Positions 39,368-50,876 of a stretch of 64,000 nucleotides of DNA are shown here, one piece after another. This stretch comes from Trichinella spiralis (Eukaryota), in the NCBI RefSeq assembly GCF_000181795.1, contig NW_003526943.1:3362609-3426608 (forward strand). The letters run 5' to 3'. The notes below the pieces were generated by a model, which searched no databases, was not told the origin of the DNA, and saw nothing but the letters and a program-made list of their open reading frames with translations. The stretch's first letter is position 1. Each line of letters begins with the position of its first letter. A program made the translations under genes and the position numbers.

Positions 39368-41435
39368 TTAGGAATTTGCAGGTGGTATCACATTAGCAGC
39401 TATAGCTGCAAATGAGTCGCTCAAAAGCTGATGTTCTAGGCAAATTGCCGTTCCAGATTTCATAAGCTGCTCTTTCTGAAAAACATCAATATAAATAAAG
39501 AAACCAATGATATATAAACCGCTAGAATTAAATATAATTTAAAACACCTTAAAACATATTATTATGCTAATATTATTAAGAAATCCTTTTGAAATGTGCA
39601 ATAGTAATGGAAATTTATCATACGTTATAGCTGCTGGTCGTAAAACAGAAGAGGGGCTTTTGTTCCACAGATACCCACTGGGAGCAATCTTTTTCTCTAG
39701 TGCTTTGCTGATTATCTACTGTTATTGGACTCTGGACTACTTTAACGAAACCAATTTTTCCACCGCTTGTCGAACTTAACGAATTATCTGTTTTAGCCCA
39801 GACGCGTATATTAGCTTTTAACTTTGAAGTCAGGATTTTTCCATACATTTCTGAAAGAAAAAACAATAATTACAGAAATTTCATAAATTCATTAATTGAC
39901 TACCTAATCGTCCTGTGGATAGTTTAGAAAATATTATTATAGGCACTTCAGCACCAGCTGCTAATGTTTTAATAGTCTGTGTATTAGCAAATGGAGGGGT
40001 CAAAACACGCGTCATTCCACCGATTAATTTCATCAAAGTTTGTTGAGTAGCTTGCAAAGCTGGTGCAATGTTTGAGAAGTAGATCAACGGATTTTGATAA
40101 ACAAGTGCAGATGCTGCAAAATTATCACGGTTAATAATATGTTAATGACATTCTTTGTGAATTTAATGCAAGAATTACTATTGCTTTTAGCTTCTATATC
40201 TAGTTACCTATTGATGTAACAGTTTGTGTTGATACATCTACACATACTACCATGTGACCTTGCGGTGTCAAGTCTGCTGGCCATGCCCAGGCAACTCCAT
40301 TTGCTAGCGCTTTTGGCATTGTATGAACTAACCAAAATGATTGCGGTTGTGCATTCATCATCATAATTATGCCTAAAAACTTGTAATTGATGTATTTTTA
40401 ATGTTTTTTATTTTTATTCCTAGAATAATAGAGACCTTTTGAAGTAGAGTCAGTAGTAAATCCAGAAAATCCTGGTGGCTCATTATTGTATCCAACTGCG
40501 CTTAGGGAATTATGCAGTGGCGCAAACCAACTTTCAAGTGTCGAAACTAAAGCATGACCTGCATTTCCAGTCAAAGCTGCTCCTTCGTCAGCCCATTGAG
40601 GGGCTGCTGATGTTTTTATTTTTGCAGTGATTTGGCCAGGTGTTTTGTAAAGAACATACCTAAAAGTTAACTGATCATGCATGATTTTCTTTAAAAATTA
40701 AGTGTAACATAAATAAATAAATGGATAAATGAATAAATAAAATTACGTATTTAGTATGACATTCAACACAGCCAGGTATTTAAAGCTTAAAAATTACAAT
40801 ATGAGTATAACATTTATTCATTAAGCCAGCAGTTTTATGTTGTTATCTGTTATATTAATATTAATATTGTTGTATGAATAAGCATGATTATGCTAAAAAC
40901 GTTTTATAACATAAATTGGTGGTAAAATTTCATTGAAAATTTATGCAAAGTTCTCAGACAAATGCTAAGCATATTTGGTTTTAAAGGAATAAAAGATGTA
41001 TTGCTTTGAAATTATATGCATACATAAGAATTGTGAAATACTAAGAAAATAAATAATGAAAACCGATTATAATTAAAAAGCATATCTTTAATGCATGTAT
41101 GTTTTACTGCTTCATTTAATTTGGTATAGTTTTTATTAAATTCACTGTTTATGACTGATTTATAATGTAAATTCAGTAATAAATGAAGACAAATCTACCA
41201 TTGCGTTACGTCGAGAATGCTAATTCAAATTATTCTCAGACTTTTGAATATTAAACTTATACAATTTATTTTGTTAAATGAATTTGTCATCATAATTTTA
41301 AAAAACATTAAATTGATCATACCAATCTACGTTGTTTGCTGCTGTTGATTTACATTGAGCATTTTGAGTTTCGCTTTGCTGAACAATTAGCAAAAGAGCA
41401 ATTACAAAGAATTTTAGTGAACAATCCTTCATCAT
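39368..41435 (-). CDS. Secreted DNase II-like protein, p43 paralog (array copy 4), 6 exons
   Basis: Signal peptide MMKDCSLKFFVIALLLIVQQSET; VDW|YVLYKTP; GYNNEPP..STSKG; FWLVHT; GHMVVC; TSGG; KDCSQW; ends NVIPPANS*. Confidence 0.9.
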
Positions 41436-43426
41436 TGAATAATTTCGCGGAACTAAATTACAGTCAATGGCAGAAACTTTTAAGAAGTACTTGTTAGCTC
41501 AAATGCAGCTGCCACTGCTTAAACATTATTTGTTGTTATTATAATTGTGAGTAAATTTCATGGCAAAGTTTTACTTGAACAACAAAGTTAACAATTCTTT
41601 TTTGTTAGATTAATATTAGTTTACTTTGCAAAGCATGGCTCAGTGAGTAAATATATGAAAAAATAATGTTTACAAATTATCTTCAATATTTATTGGACAG
41701 AAAAAGCTCATTCTGCATTTAATGCATAAAACAGATTCTGAAAAAGTCTTCTTTTAGAACACTAGTCAAACTGATAAGTGAATCTTATTATTGAAATACT
41801 GTTACACTTTATCTGTAACTCAGTGCAGTAGATTCATACTGTATATTTATAAAAAGTATTTTAACTGTAATAAGTTATTTCTTTTCATTATTTTCGAAGC
41901 ATTATTTTTAAAGTTTCGAATAGCAGTAACATATGAATAAATGTAGTTATAAGAATCTCATGAAATATGCGCAATTTTAATATTTCATCGAATGCCATCT
42001 TATTGTGAATCAGTTCTTTCTTTAGGCGCTGCTTTTTTATTCAAGGATTTCATAACATAGTTTTAAAGTATTTGATTTTCTGTTATTAATGAATTACTTT
42101 TCTTTGTCACTAAATTCTTAGTTTTCATTTATTCAGAGAATTAATAAATTTAAGTTCTGTAAATGTAGTTTAAAAAACAATAAAAAGCAATAAGGCATAT
42201 TTAGTGTGTTTTTCTGAATTCTTCGTGATAAATCATGGTGATACTTTTCTTGATAGTGTTTATGGATATCTCAGGCGTAATTTTTGATCATCTAAAGCAA
42301 GTTTTTATAATAATGATAAAATTTATAATTTCATTGATTTATATTATTCATCTGCATATAATTTTATTTAATGTTATTCCTTTATAAATTTATGATTGAT
42401 AAAAATATTTTTGGTATTAGCAAATATTTATTTAGTTTTATTTTAATTTCAAGTAATATAAAAATTATTTTAAAAGCTACTTTTAACAATGATTTCAAAA
42501 ATTAAGATAAAATGAATATTGTAGTCCTTAGATACTTTTCATTGTTGCTATGCAAGAAAAGACAAACATTGTTTTACTTTTAAACGTCGTCAGTTCATGC
42601 TAGAGTTGATATTTGTAGTTTTAAATGTCACATTATGGCGGACTTTTGAAACTCGTTAATTATGTTTTCCTTTTCCAAAATAGATTGATTAATGTTTAAA
42701 TTCATGTTAGATGAGTAATTTGAAAATTGAAGCGTAACCATTTGTTCAAAATTTACAAAAAGATAACAATGGATGATAAATTTTATCAGCAAATATTTGA
42801 TTAATAAAGCTATATATAATAAGTAGCAATCATTAAATGTGAGATATATTTAACAGAAATTTTTGAAATAGAAATTATTTTGTGAATGATTTCGTTCCTA
42901 GATTTTTATACGAATTTTGATTCGTCTGATATCAATAAAGCTATAATGGTAAATGAATATCAAAGCTATATGCAGAATAATTTTATGCTGTTAAATGCAA
43001 TGGTTTTTTGATAAACAGAAGCCTTAAAGTAATTATTTTTTATCTTCAAAATAAATTTTATGCAAATTTATTTTTACACATATTTCTAATTATGCATCAT
43101 AATTTTTTATTTATCCCTAACTTATCTTATTCTTAATTTCTAAATAAAAATAGTTAAATTATTTCAAATGTATAAACTATAAAAAAAATTCGGTATCTTA
43201 TATATAATGAATTTTTCATTGAAAATGGAACAAAGTGTAAAATATGAAAGAAAGCAAATTATATTGAATTAAAATCATAGAAATGCATATTGCTTAGGGA
43301 TTTTGTTATTTTATATTTGCTTGACATAATCTGTTAATAGTATTTTTTATTAGTTGTATTGATTTAATGCATATAGTAAAGTATTATATAATAAAATTAA
43401 ATTTAACCAGCATTTTATTAATACTT

Positions 43427-43723
43427 TCACATTCTGCTGTTTGCTAATTTTACGTCCGGTATGTCGACTCCTAGAAAGAGAAAAGTTTTGAGTATGGAGC
43501 AAAAATTAAGTAAAAAAGCAAAAGCTGTAAGTCGTGTAAATAAAGAGTGACCCTTCGTTGTTGCGATCGTTAGCAACGATCGACAAGTCCAGCGGGCTGT
43601 TGCAATAACGTTGGAACCAAAAACAACGTATAATGTAACAAAAGTAATGGCAGAAAGCCAACTAAGGATAAACCAAAACAAAACAGGAAAAATCACTAAT
43701 ACTGTTGCTAACAGTGAAACCAA
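43427..43723 (-). CDS. Possible exon of a small membrane protein (long hydrophobic hairpin)
   Basis: 98-codon ORF preceded by a TTTCAG acceptor-like site, with a ~35-residue hydrophobic stretch containing a central Pro. No start exon identified. Confidence 0.3.
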   Translation of the reverse strand: MVSLLATVLVIFPVLFWFILSWLSAITFVTLYVVFGSNVIATARWTCRSLLTIATTKGHSLFTRLTAFAFLLNFCSILKTFLFLGVDIPDVKLANSRM

Positions 43724-44517
43724 TACGCTGAAATGCAGACCGTTGAGATTATGAAGTCAGTTCTTTAGAGAACAGAAAACGCACTCCTCAGCCAAAGTAA
43801 TACTACTTCCCCGTATTATCACGAAACATCCGGCTAACATTGCCCAATGCTTTACATGATTGGCACATCTGAGTATTTCTTTAATTTCATTTTCATATTT
43901 ATTATTTCTGGTGAAAGCTTTTTTGCTACAATAAAGATATGCAGAAGACTGATGCAAGATCTTTGGAAAGGTGTGTTGCGTGAGAGAAAAAAATTGTAAA
44001 CATCCATGTGATTGGATTATCCAGCTTTTATATTCCAGCGAGTTGCTGTGGACATCGTAAAATTTTAAGATATAAATATCATTATGGCAATAAGCATTAT
44101 TTCACGTTGCTGTTCAAACATAATGCTGTAGAACATACAGTATGATATGAAGTTGTATTAATAATAAAAATAAAGATGAATAAACAATCAAATGACTCTG
44201 TATTTTTTTAAAGATATCCTTCAAAAGATGATAAAAACACTGTCATGTAGAAATTTTTTTAATAATAAAAAATAAAGTACAACCTTGAAAATCAAAAATA
44301 CCACAGTATTGAGCGCAGATAAATTTTATTAAAATACCCAGTGCTTTATTCTGGTTCAAAATAATTCGAAAACAACGAAATTAATGTAGTTTAACAAATA
44401 ATTTTTTGATGCTGTGTTAATTTTTTAAACGTTTTATCTTTTCTTCACTGAAGTGGCAAGTTTGAATGAAGCTATTAGTTGTTTTAGCATTGTTTTTTTA
44501 GTTTTTTCTAAAGCGGA

Positions 44518-46053
44518 ATGTCTTCGTTAAAGAACGTGGATAAAAGCGTTAGTAGAGTTCATCGAGAACGTTCTCAGGTAACTTTTTTATTAATTTTTAA
44601 ACTATATTTATTGAGTTCGTTTATTTTATTAAAGCTCATTTGCACAGAAATAACTTCATAAAACGGGTTTTATATTTTACCTTTGCCTAAGCTTAACTAC
44701 TCATGATGTCATTTTGTTGAACTAATATATTATTTAAGTAATACGTTTTGCTTAAGAAGATGGATGGTTTAAATTTAGATTATTCTACTGTATATTTATT
44801 AGGTGTTATATTGTCCACTGTCTTTCTTTCGTTGTTTTAGCTTTCAAGTCGCAGACGGCTAGGTGAACTTGAAAAGAAAAAAGATTACATAAAACGTGCA
44901 AGGTATGCTGGTATTTGTTAGTTTATTGTCCAACATTGTGCTTTTAGGTCACATCAAATTAAAGAGAATGCAATTCGAAAGCTTCGTCGCAAAGCCTTGG
45001 AGAAGAATCCAGATGAATTTTATTTTCACATGATTAACTCCAAAGTTGAGGTATACACTTAAGTGATCTTTAGCAGATGCTGTTTTTGCCCGTTTTTTTT
45101 GTATTCGTACTGTTAAAAGAAAAAACAGCGCATTATTTAAAAAAACGGTTATACCTAATTACTTTTTATTCATATTTTCCAGGATGGAGTTCACTATGAG
45201 AAAGCAATTGGCAAAGATGAAAATTCTAAAGAACAGGAAAAACTATTGCAGACGCAGAATCTGAATTATATAAATTTCAAATTGCAAATTCAACGCCAAG
45301 TATATTTTATCCATTTTTAACGACATGTATTATATATGATTGGTGAATTTAGAAAATTAAGAAGTTGTTAGACGATTTTGGCTTTTTATTTTCCTTATGT
45401 AAGGTGAATTCGGTGAAAAAGCATTCTAAATCAGAAGGTAAATGAATTTTTAAAAAGCTTTACAGTTTTGAGATGTATTTCTTAAAAGGGAAACCCTTGT
45501 AAGCTATGTTAAATTTTAAATGCTTGCAGAAAATGAAAAGGCAAAGTCGTCGAAAAAGTTCGATTTGGAATTACTCAAAAAAAAATTTCCCAGTGGTTTG
45601 AATTTTAAGAAACTGCAATCAGAGCTTCAAGTAAGTGTGAAGAAAGCAACAGCATTTTATTTTTCTGAATTTTGTTTCAATTTTTACCACTCCATTGAAG
45701 ATGTCTGCGTAAGCTCAGATCAATAACGGCTTACTTTTGATATGCTTAAAGTTTTATGATATGGTTTTCTTTGTTGATTTAGTCATTGGACAAAAGCAAA
45801 TTGAGCAGTTTTCAAGAATTGTTGAAACGCTTACGAGTTGAAAAGGAATTGTCAATTGTGGCTGAAAAACTTCACATGAAGAAAGAGTTTGCGGTAGTTG
45901 AAAATTTGCATTTTTTATTTTAAAAAAATATTGTTGTTGCATTTTTTTGAATTTCAGAAAAGCAAATCAAAAGGAATAATTCCAAGAAAAAAGCGCAAAG
46001 GTACTGCTATCCGAGCTCCAGTTTACAAGTGGCAGTTTGAACGGAAGCGGTGA
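44518..46053 (+). CDS. UTP11: U3 snoRNP / SSU processome protein UTP11
   Basis: MSSLKNVDKSVSRVHRERSQ|LSSRRRLGELEKKKDYIKRA..LRRKALEKNPDEFYFHMINS..TQNLNY; C-terminus VYKWQFERKR*. Confidence 0.93.
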
Positions 46054-46313
46054 CAACAGTTAATTTAGCTTCTTCGTATTTCGAGCAACTAACCGTACTT
46101 AAAACGCAAATATATATTATATTCAACAAAATTTTCAATGCTTCTTTTTGTTAAGTTGAACATTTTATTCATCTTTTCAAAAATGTTCTCAACATATATT
46201 AAAAGTGAAAAAAAAATTCTTTTACTGTTTGTTAAAAAGAAAAACATATATGTATTTGTCAGTATAAAACTTTTAATTGGCTTGGATGGCAAGTTGTTTT
46301 TCTAGGACGAACG

Positions 46314-48681
46314 TCATGAATGTTCTTGTGAATGCTTCCTCGTATTTTCAGAAACAGTAACCGCACATTCTGATTTTGAAGTGATGGTTAAAACTAATTT
46401 TTCTGCTGCTTCTTTGTTTCCTTCTGTCAATGATTCCGCTTTTAAAGATACGTCAGATATTTGTGGACTAAAAGTGGAGCTTTCTGCGCTAGTAATTGAT
46501 CTCTTTTTCAACTGAAAATTCACAAATGATGCTTCACTGATATCTACACTGGAAATGGACTCAGATCCGTTGACTAATGATTGGGAATCATTTGCATGAA
46601 GGGTAGCATCTTTATCTACACCATCATCATCGTCACTATTTTCTTCATCCACTACTTCTTCCTCGTCTAACTCCTCTTCGTCTTGCTCTTCATCATCTTC
46701 GTCTGATGATATATCTGAATCAAAATCTCCAGTAGATGAAGACTCATCACTACTCGGCATACCATCAGTCGATACTGCATCCACGAGATTGGCGCCTGGA
46801 ACACTTAACCCAAACAAATAACCAGAAAACGTTTGCTCATTGATATTTCCTTCAAACAGAGTCTAAAACACGTACAAAATAATGTTTTTTTTTCAATTTG
46901 GCATAAAAAATTCCTGATTATAAATAACAAACAGTGCTTGCAAATAATGAAATCATAAATATTACTATAACAATTCGACACAAAAAGCAACATCTGTACT
47001 GTGTATTAACGTTTTCATACAGAAAAACAACCAATAATTATCACAGAAGTTCATAAATAATCATCATAAAATATTAATTTATTATTCAGCCTCATTAATG
47101 AGGGAAATGTTACGTTTAATTGCTGGTGTTTTGCATTTAAAGAATATTACTGTAGACTGACCCTAACTAAAAAGGTCGCTGACCTAAAAAAGGCCTTTGT
47201 TAGAAAATGTTAGATAAGCTTACAGCTTCTTCGTTAGAAAAATAAAGAAAAGAAATCAGCTTGAAATACAGTAATGTGCATAATTTAAGTTGCTGCGAGA
47301 AAAGAAAATTTCAAATTGAAATACCTGCTTCATCTTGAAATAAACTTTCCCAGTAAGCAAACTATCACTTCCTGCCTGATGCTGCGGGCCGACACGTCGA
47401 ACCTTGTAAAAGAGGGTTCGTTCAACAAAAGTAAAACTTCGTTCATTTAGTACTTTCATTTGGTCTGCAATCTCCTGCAAGCCTCCTTTCAGATGTCGGG
47501 TTGATTTCATTAAGTATTTCAGATCAAATATGTTGGGGAAAAACCGACGCAAAATAATGAAGAAATCGGTCTCGTTGTTGGGCAGGTTTCGGTTGGTCAA
47601 CATTTTGACCAAATAGCCAAAGTCATAACCACTAAAAATATAATGTCGGTTTAAATTCGCATTTTGTCTTAAATGAGCAAAACTGTAAACCTGTGAAATG
47701 AAATCCATTGAACATTGTCGAGGAGAAGCAGGCCAGAACCGTACATCAGCTCGGCAAAATCGATTGGATTGATTCCATCCGTTTCCAATCGTTTAAAATC
47801 TATACCCGATTTTTGTAAAAGCGCAATGGAATCCTGCGCATACATGTCCTCTCTGCAAGGATTAAATTATGATAAAACAAAAATTATTTACCGTTATTAA
47901 TTTACGCTAGGCTAAAATTAAAATTAAACTGCCAAGTGGAGCACTCGCTGGGTGTTTCTCCCTGGTGATTGAAAAATGACAACCCAATCTGTATGATTTT
48001 TAAAAGGTCCACATTTGCACGCATTAACTGATACTGATAGTCGACTGAACTGCGGAATTCGCCGTACGGACGTGCAACGACGCCAGGAAATTCAGTATCC
48101 TAAAAATAAATAATCATCACTGAACGAATATTATTTTAAAAACTTTTCATGAAAAAACAAGCTTCGTTTCAATGATGACTTCTCTGCAAAACAGAAAAAC
48201 ATACAAAAAGCTATAAAACAACAGTCAGTAAACAACAATACAACAAGTAAGCAATTTGCATGATAAACAAACAATTTTACAGCAAATTTGCTTATATACA
48301 GAATTTGAATTAAAAACATTCCGGAGTTGGCACAATTCACTAAAGCTGAACTTTTCTAAAAACAATTTTCTATTTGTAAAATTAGGATGCAATTAAAACA
48401 GCCTGCATTCCATATTTCAACACTTTACAGGAATTCTTTCACGGATTTTTTTCAAAAGTAAAAATTTATACAATAGTGCATACCATCGCAACAACAGGAT
48501 AATCAGGAAGAAGTCTCATAATTTTGCGGAATTCCAACAGTAGATTATGAGACCAAACATCTCTTATGCGTGTTTCATCACTTCTGCGAAGAATTGAACT
48601 TGGTAAATGAGAAATTCTCCTTCGGTCGATTGAAGTCTGAAGGGATACAGTCTTTGGTAGGGGCGGCTTAGAGCCTGCCAT
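46314..48681 (-). CDS. CNOT7: CCR4-NOT deadenylase subunit CAF1/CNOT7 (DEDD nuclease) with an acidic C-terminal extension
   Basis: IRDVWSHNL..YPVVAM|DTEFPGVVARP..NVDLLKIIQIG..TWQFNF..DMYAQDSI..WISFHSGYDFGYL..FDLKYLMK..HQAGSDSLLTG..GYLFGL. DEDD residues intact. Confidence 0.95.
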
Positions 48682-49383
48682 CCTACTACGGTATTCAATA
48701 AACAACAGCTCCCACACAGAAAAATGAAATAACAATAAATCTACAGTAAATCGTTGGAAAATACATTTAAGTAACAATAATATTAGGTTGACGAACGACT
48801 GCATAATTGGAATAAAAATATTTTTAAAACTTAATTGAATTTTTATTTGTCAATAATTTTATTTTTTAATGCTTGCATTTTCATAAATTATAAGTAAAAA
48901 TTTCCTTATTCTTAGATGTTGTATTAATTTAAAATTAATTATAATAAATAGAAAAAAATAAAATAAATGAGGCATATTATATGAAAACTGAATTTTAATA
49001 AGTAAAAATTCATTTTATCTAAATGTTTTTCAAATTAAAAAGTGTATTTTTAATTTCATGCGGATGTACTGTAATGAATCTTGCACTTCATTATGGTATA
49101 TTGTGAGAAAACACTATGACCTAATGATGAAGTTATGTGTTCTTTACTTGAGTTTTTAAGGTTTTAAAATTTATACTTCTGTATTATGAAAATTTTCAAA
49201 CTCATAAAATAATGTTATTTTGCAATTTATTTTCAGTGCAAGCCTTTTTTGTGCTATTATATTGCTTATTGTTTTCCTTTTAGATTTGCGAAGAAGCGTA
49301 TCTCAATTTTGTTCGATAAAGGAAGAATATCTGTGAAGTTCTAAACTAATTTAATATTTTGAATTGGTTATAATATAATTACG

Positions 49384-50876
49384 ATGAGTGACGATTTGCA
49401 AGCTAATTTGGATGATTATTTGGTGCAACTGCAACAGGTAAGCCGTTTAATATCAAATTGTTTTTTTAATTGTTACTTTTTCATTAGGTCGAAGCGGCTT
49501 TAGTAAGCGAACCAAACAACGAAGAGTTGGTGAAGTTGAAAGTCGATCTGGAGGAAGTGATTAATATCACGAAAGAGTTGATTCAATCAACAATGGGATT
49601 GCGTGAACCGCATGTCGACAACTCTGCTTCAGAAGAGCCTAAACCAGTAAAAGATTGGAAGGTAATGTGTTCAGCTCTCCGTTTATCTCCAAAGACACAC
49701 AATGCGATTTGAATACGAATTTGAATTGATGATTTTTGCTTGTTCAGATACTTCGTTTTGCCACATCGAATTTTGATTGAAAAGCGAGCGAATTTTGATA
49801 TGCATGCCATGTCAGGTATTTTTGTTCTTAAGAGCGTAACTTTTCCTACTTTTGCCCACTTGAGGCTATATAAGTATCGAACATCTGGAAATTACAAAAG
49901 TCATTGGTGATGAAGTGAGAAGATTCATTTTGTCGTTAACGATGATGTTGCAGTAGTACGGCATATCTTCTTTAACTCAGATTGAGAATGTTACGTACGG
50001 CATGCATTAAGCAACAATATGATATGATTGTAATTTGAGAAATATGAGAAACGTTGTCCATGTTAAAAAAATTTTTTTTTATTAGTCTTTAAGTCTTCAG
50101 AATTTGGTTTTAATTCATTATTTTGGAATATTCATTTGAAATTTTTCACTTGAATGAACGTTTTAATATTTTGTTTGTAATAGCTATACAATTTAGGTCG
50201 GTGATAAATGTATGGCTGTGTGGTCGAAAAATAATCAATTGTACGAAGCGGTTATTGATGGTATATCTGAGGGAAAGGCAGCGGTGACTTTTGTTGGTAA
50301 AATTTTTATATTGAGAAAAAATATTATTGAATAAATAACTGAAGCGTTGAATTTTAAGGCTACAATGTAACAGAAATCAACAAATTGCATTTGCTTCGTA
50401 TATGTGAAAACACCCAGCCGAAACGTTATCTTTGGGATTCAAAGCCCAAAGGGAAATCGTTATGGCAAGTGGAGAAGGAAAGACGACGCAAAAAAGCACA
50501 GAAGAAAGCACAACGACAAAAACAGTTGGAAGAGGAGAAGGAACTTGAAAAAATGAAATGGAAAGATTTCAGTTCGAAAGCAGTTTCGAAATCTTACAAA
50601 GTGAATACTTGATTGTGTTATTTTTAATTTTAAATTATTATTTATTGGTTGATTGGTGAATTGTTAGCTTTCAATGAGCATGTTGATTGTTTATTTGAAA
50701 AATGTTAACTGTGATTTTGTTTCAAGGGAGTGAAGAAAGAGTCGATTTTTGCGTCGCCAGATACAGAAAGTGGGCGTGTAGGTGTTGGAACGTGCGGTAT
50801 TTCTGGAAAGCCGATGACCAATTTTATTAGTCACGAGAAACTTGTGACAGGAAAAAGCAGTCAGTTGAGTTTGTAG
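49384..50876 (+). CDS. SMNDC1: Survival motor neuron-related splicing factor 30 (Tudor domain)
   Basis: MSDDLQANLDDYLVQLQQ|VEAALVSEPNNEELVKLKVDLEEVI..WK|VGDKCMAVWS..YEAVID..VTFVG|Y..WKDF..|GVKKESIFASPDTESGRVGVGTCGISGKPMT. Confidence 0.94.
49748..49815 (+). other. Candidate poison (NMD-triggering) cassette exon in SMNDC1 intron 2
   Basis: Acceptor TTTTTGCTTGTTCAG| at 49747 and donor CAG|GTATTT at 49815/49816 define a 68-nt exon with an in-frame TGA at 49778-49780. Confidence 0.55.

Noticed and set aside
41198..41225. Possible 21-nt frame-preserving microexon (CILDVTQW) in intron 1 of DNase II-like copy 4
   Set aside because: Weak acceptor and donor, with no equivalent in the paralogs.
43757..43759. 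In-frame TGA as a selenocysteine codon
   Set aside because: No resemblance to a known selenoprotein family and no SECIS identified.
49905..49990. TGATGA box-C-like motifs in SMNDC1 intron 2 (possible C/D snoRNA)
   Set aside because: No convincing CTGA box D, terminal stem or recognisable rRNA antisense element.
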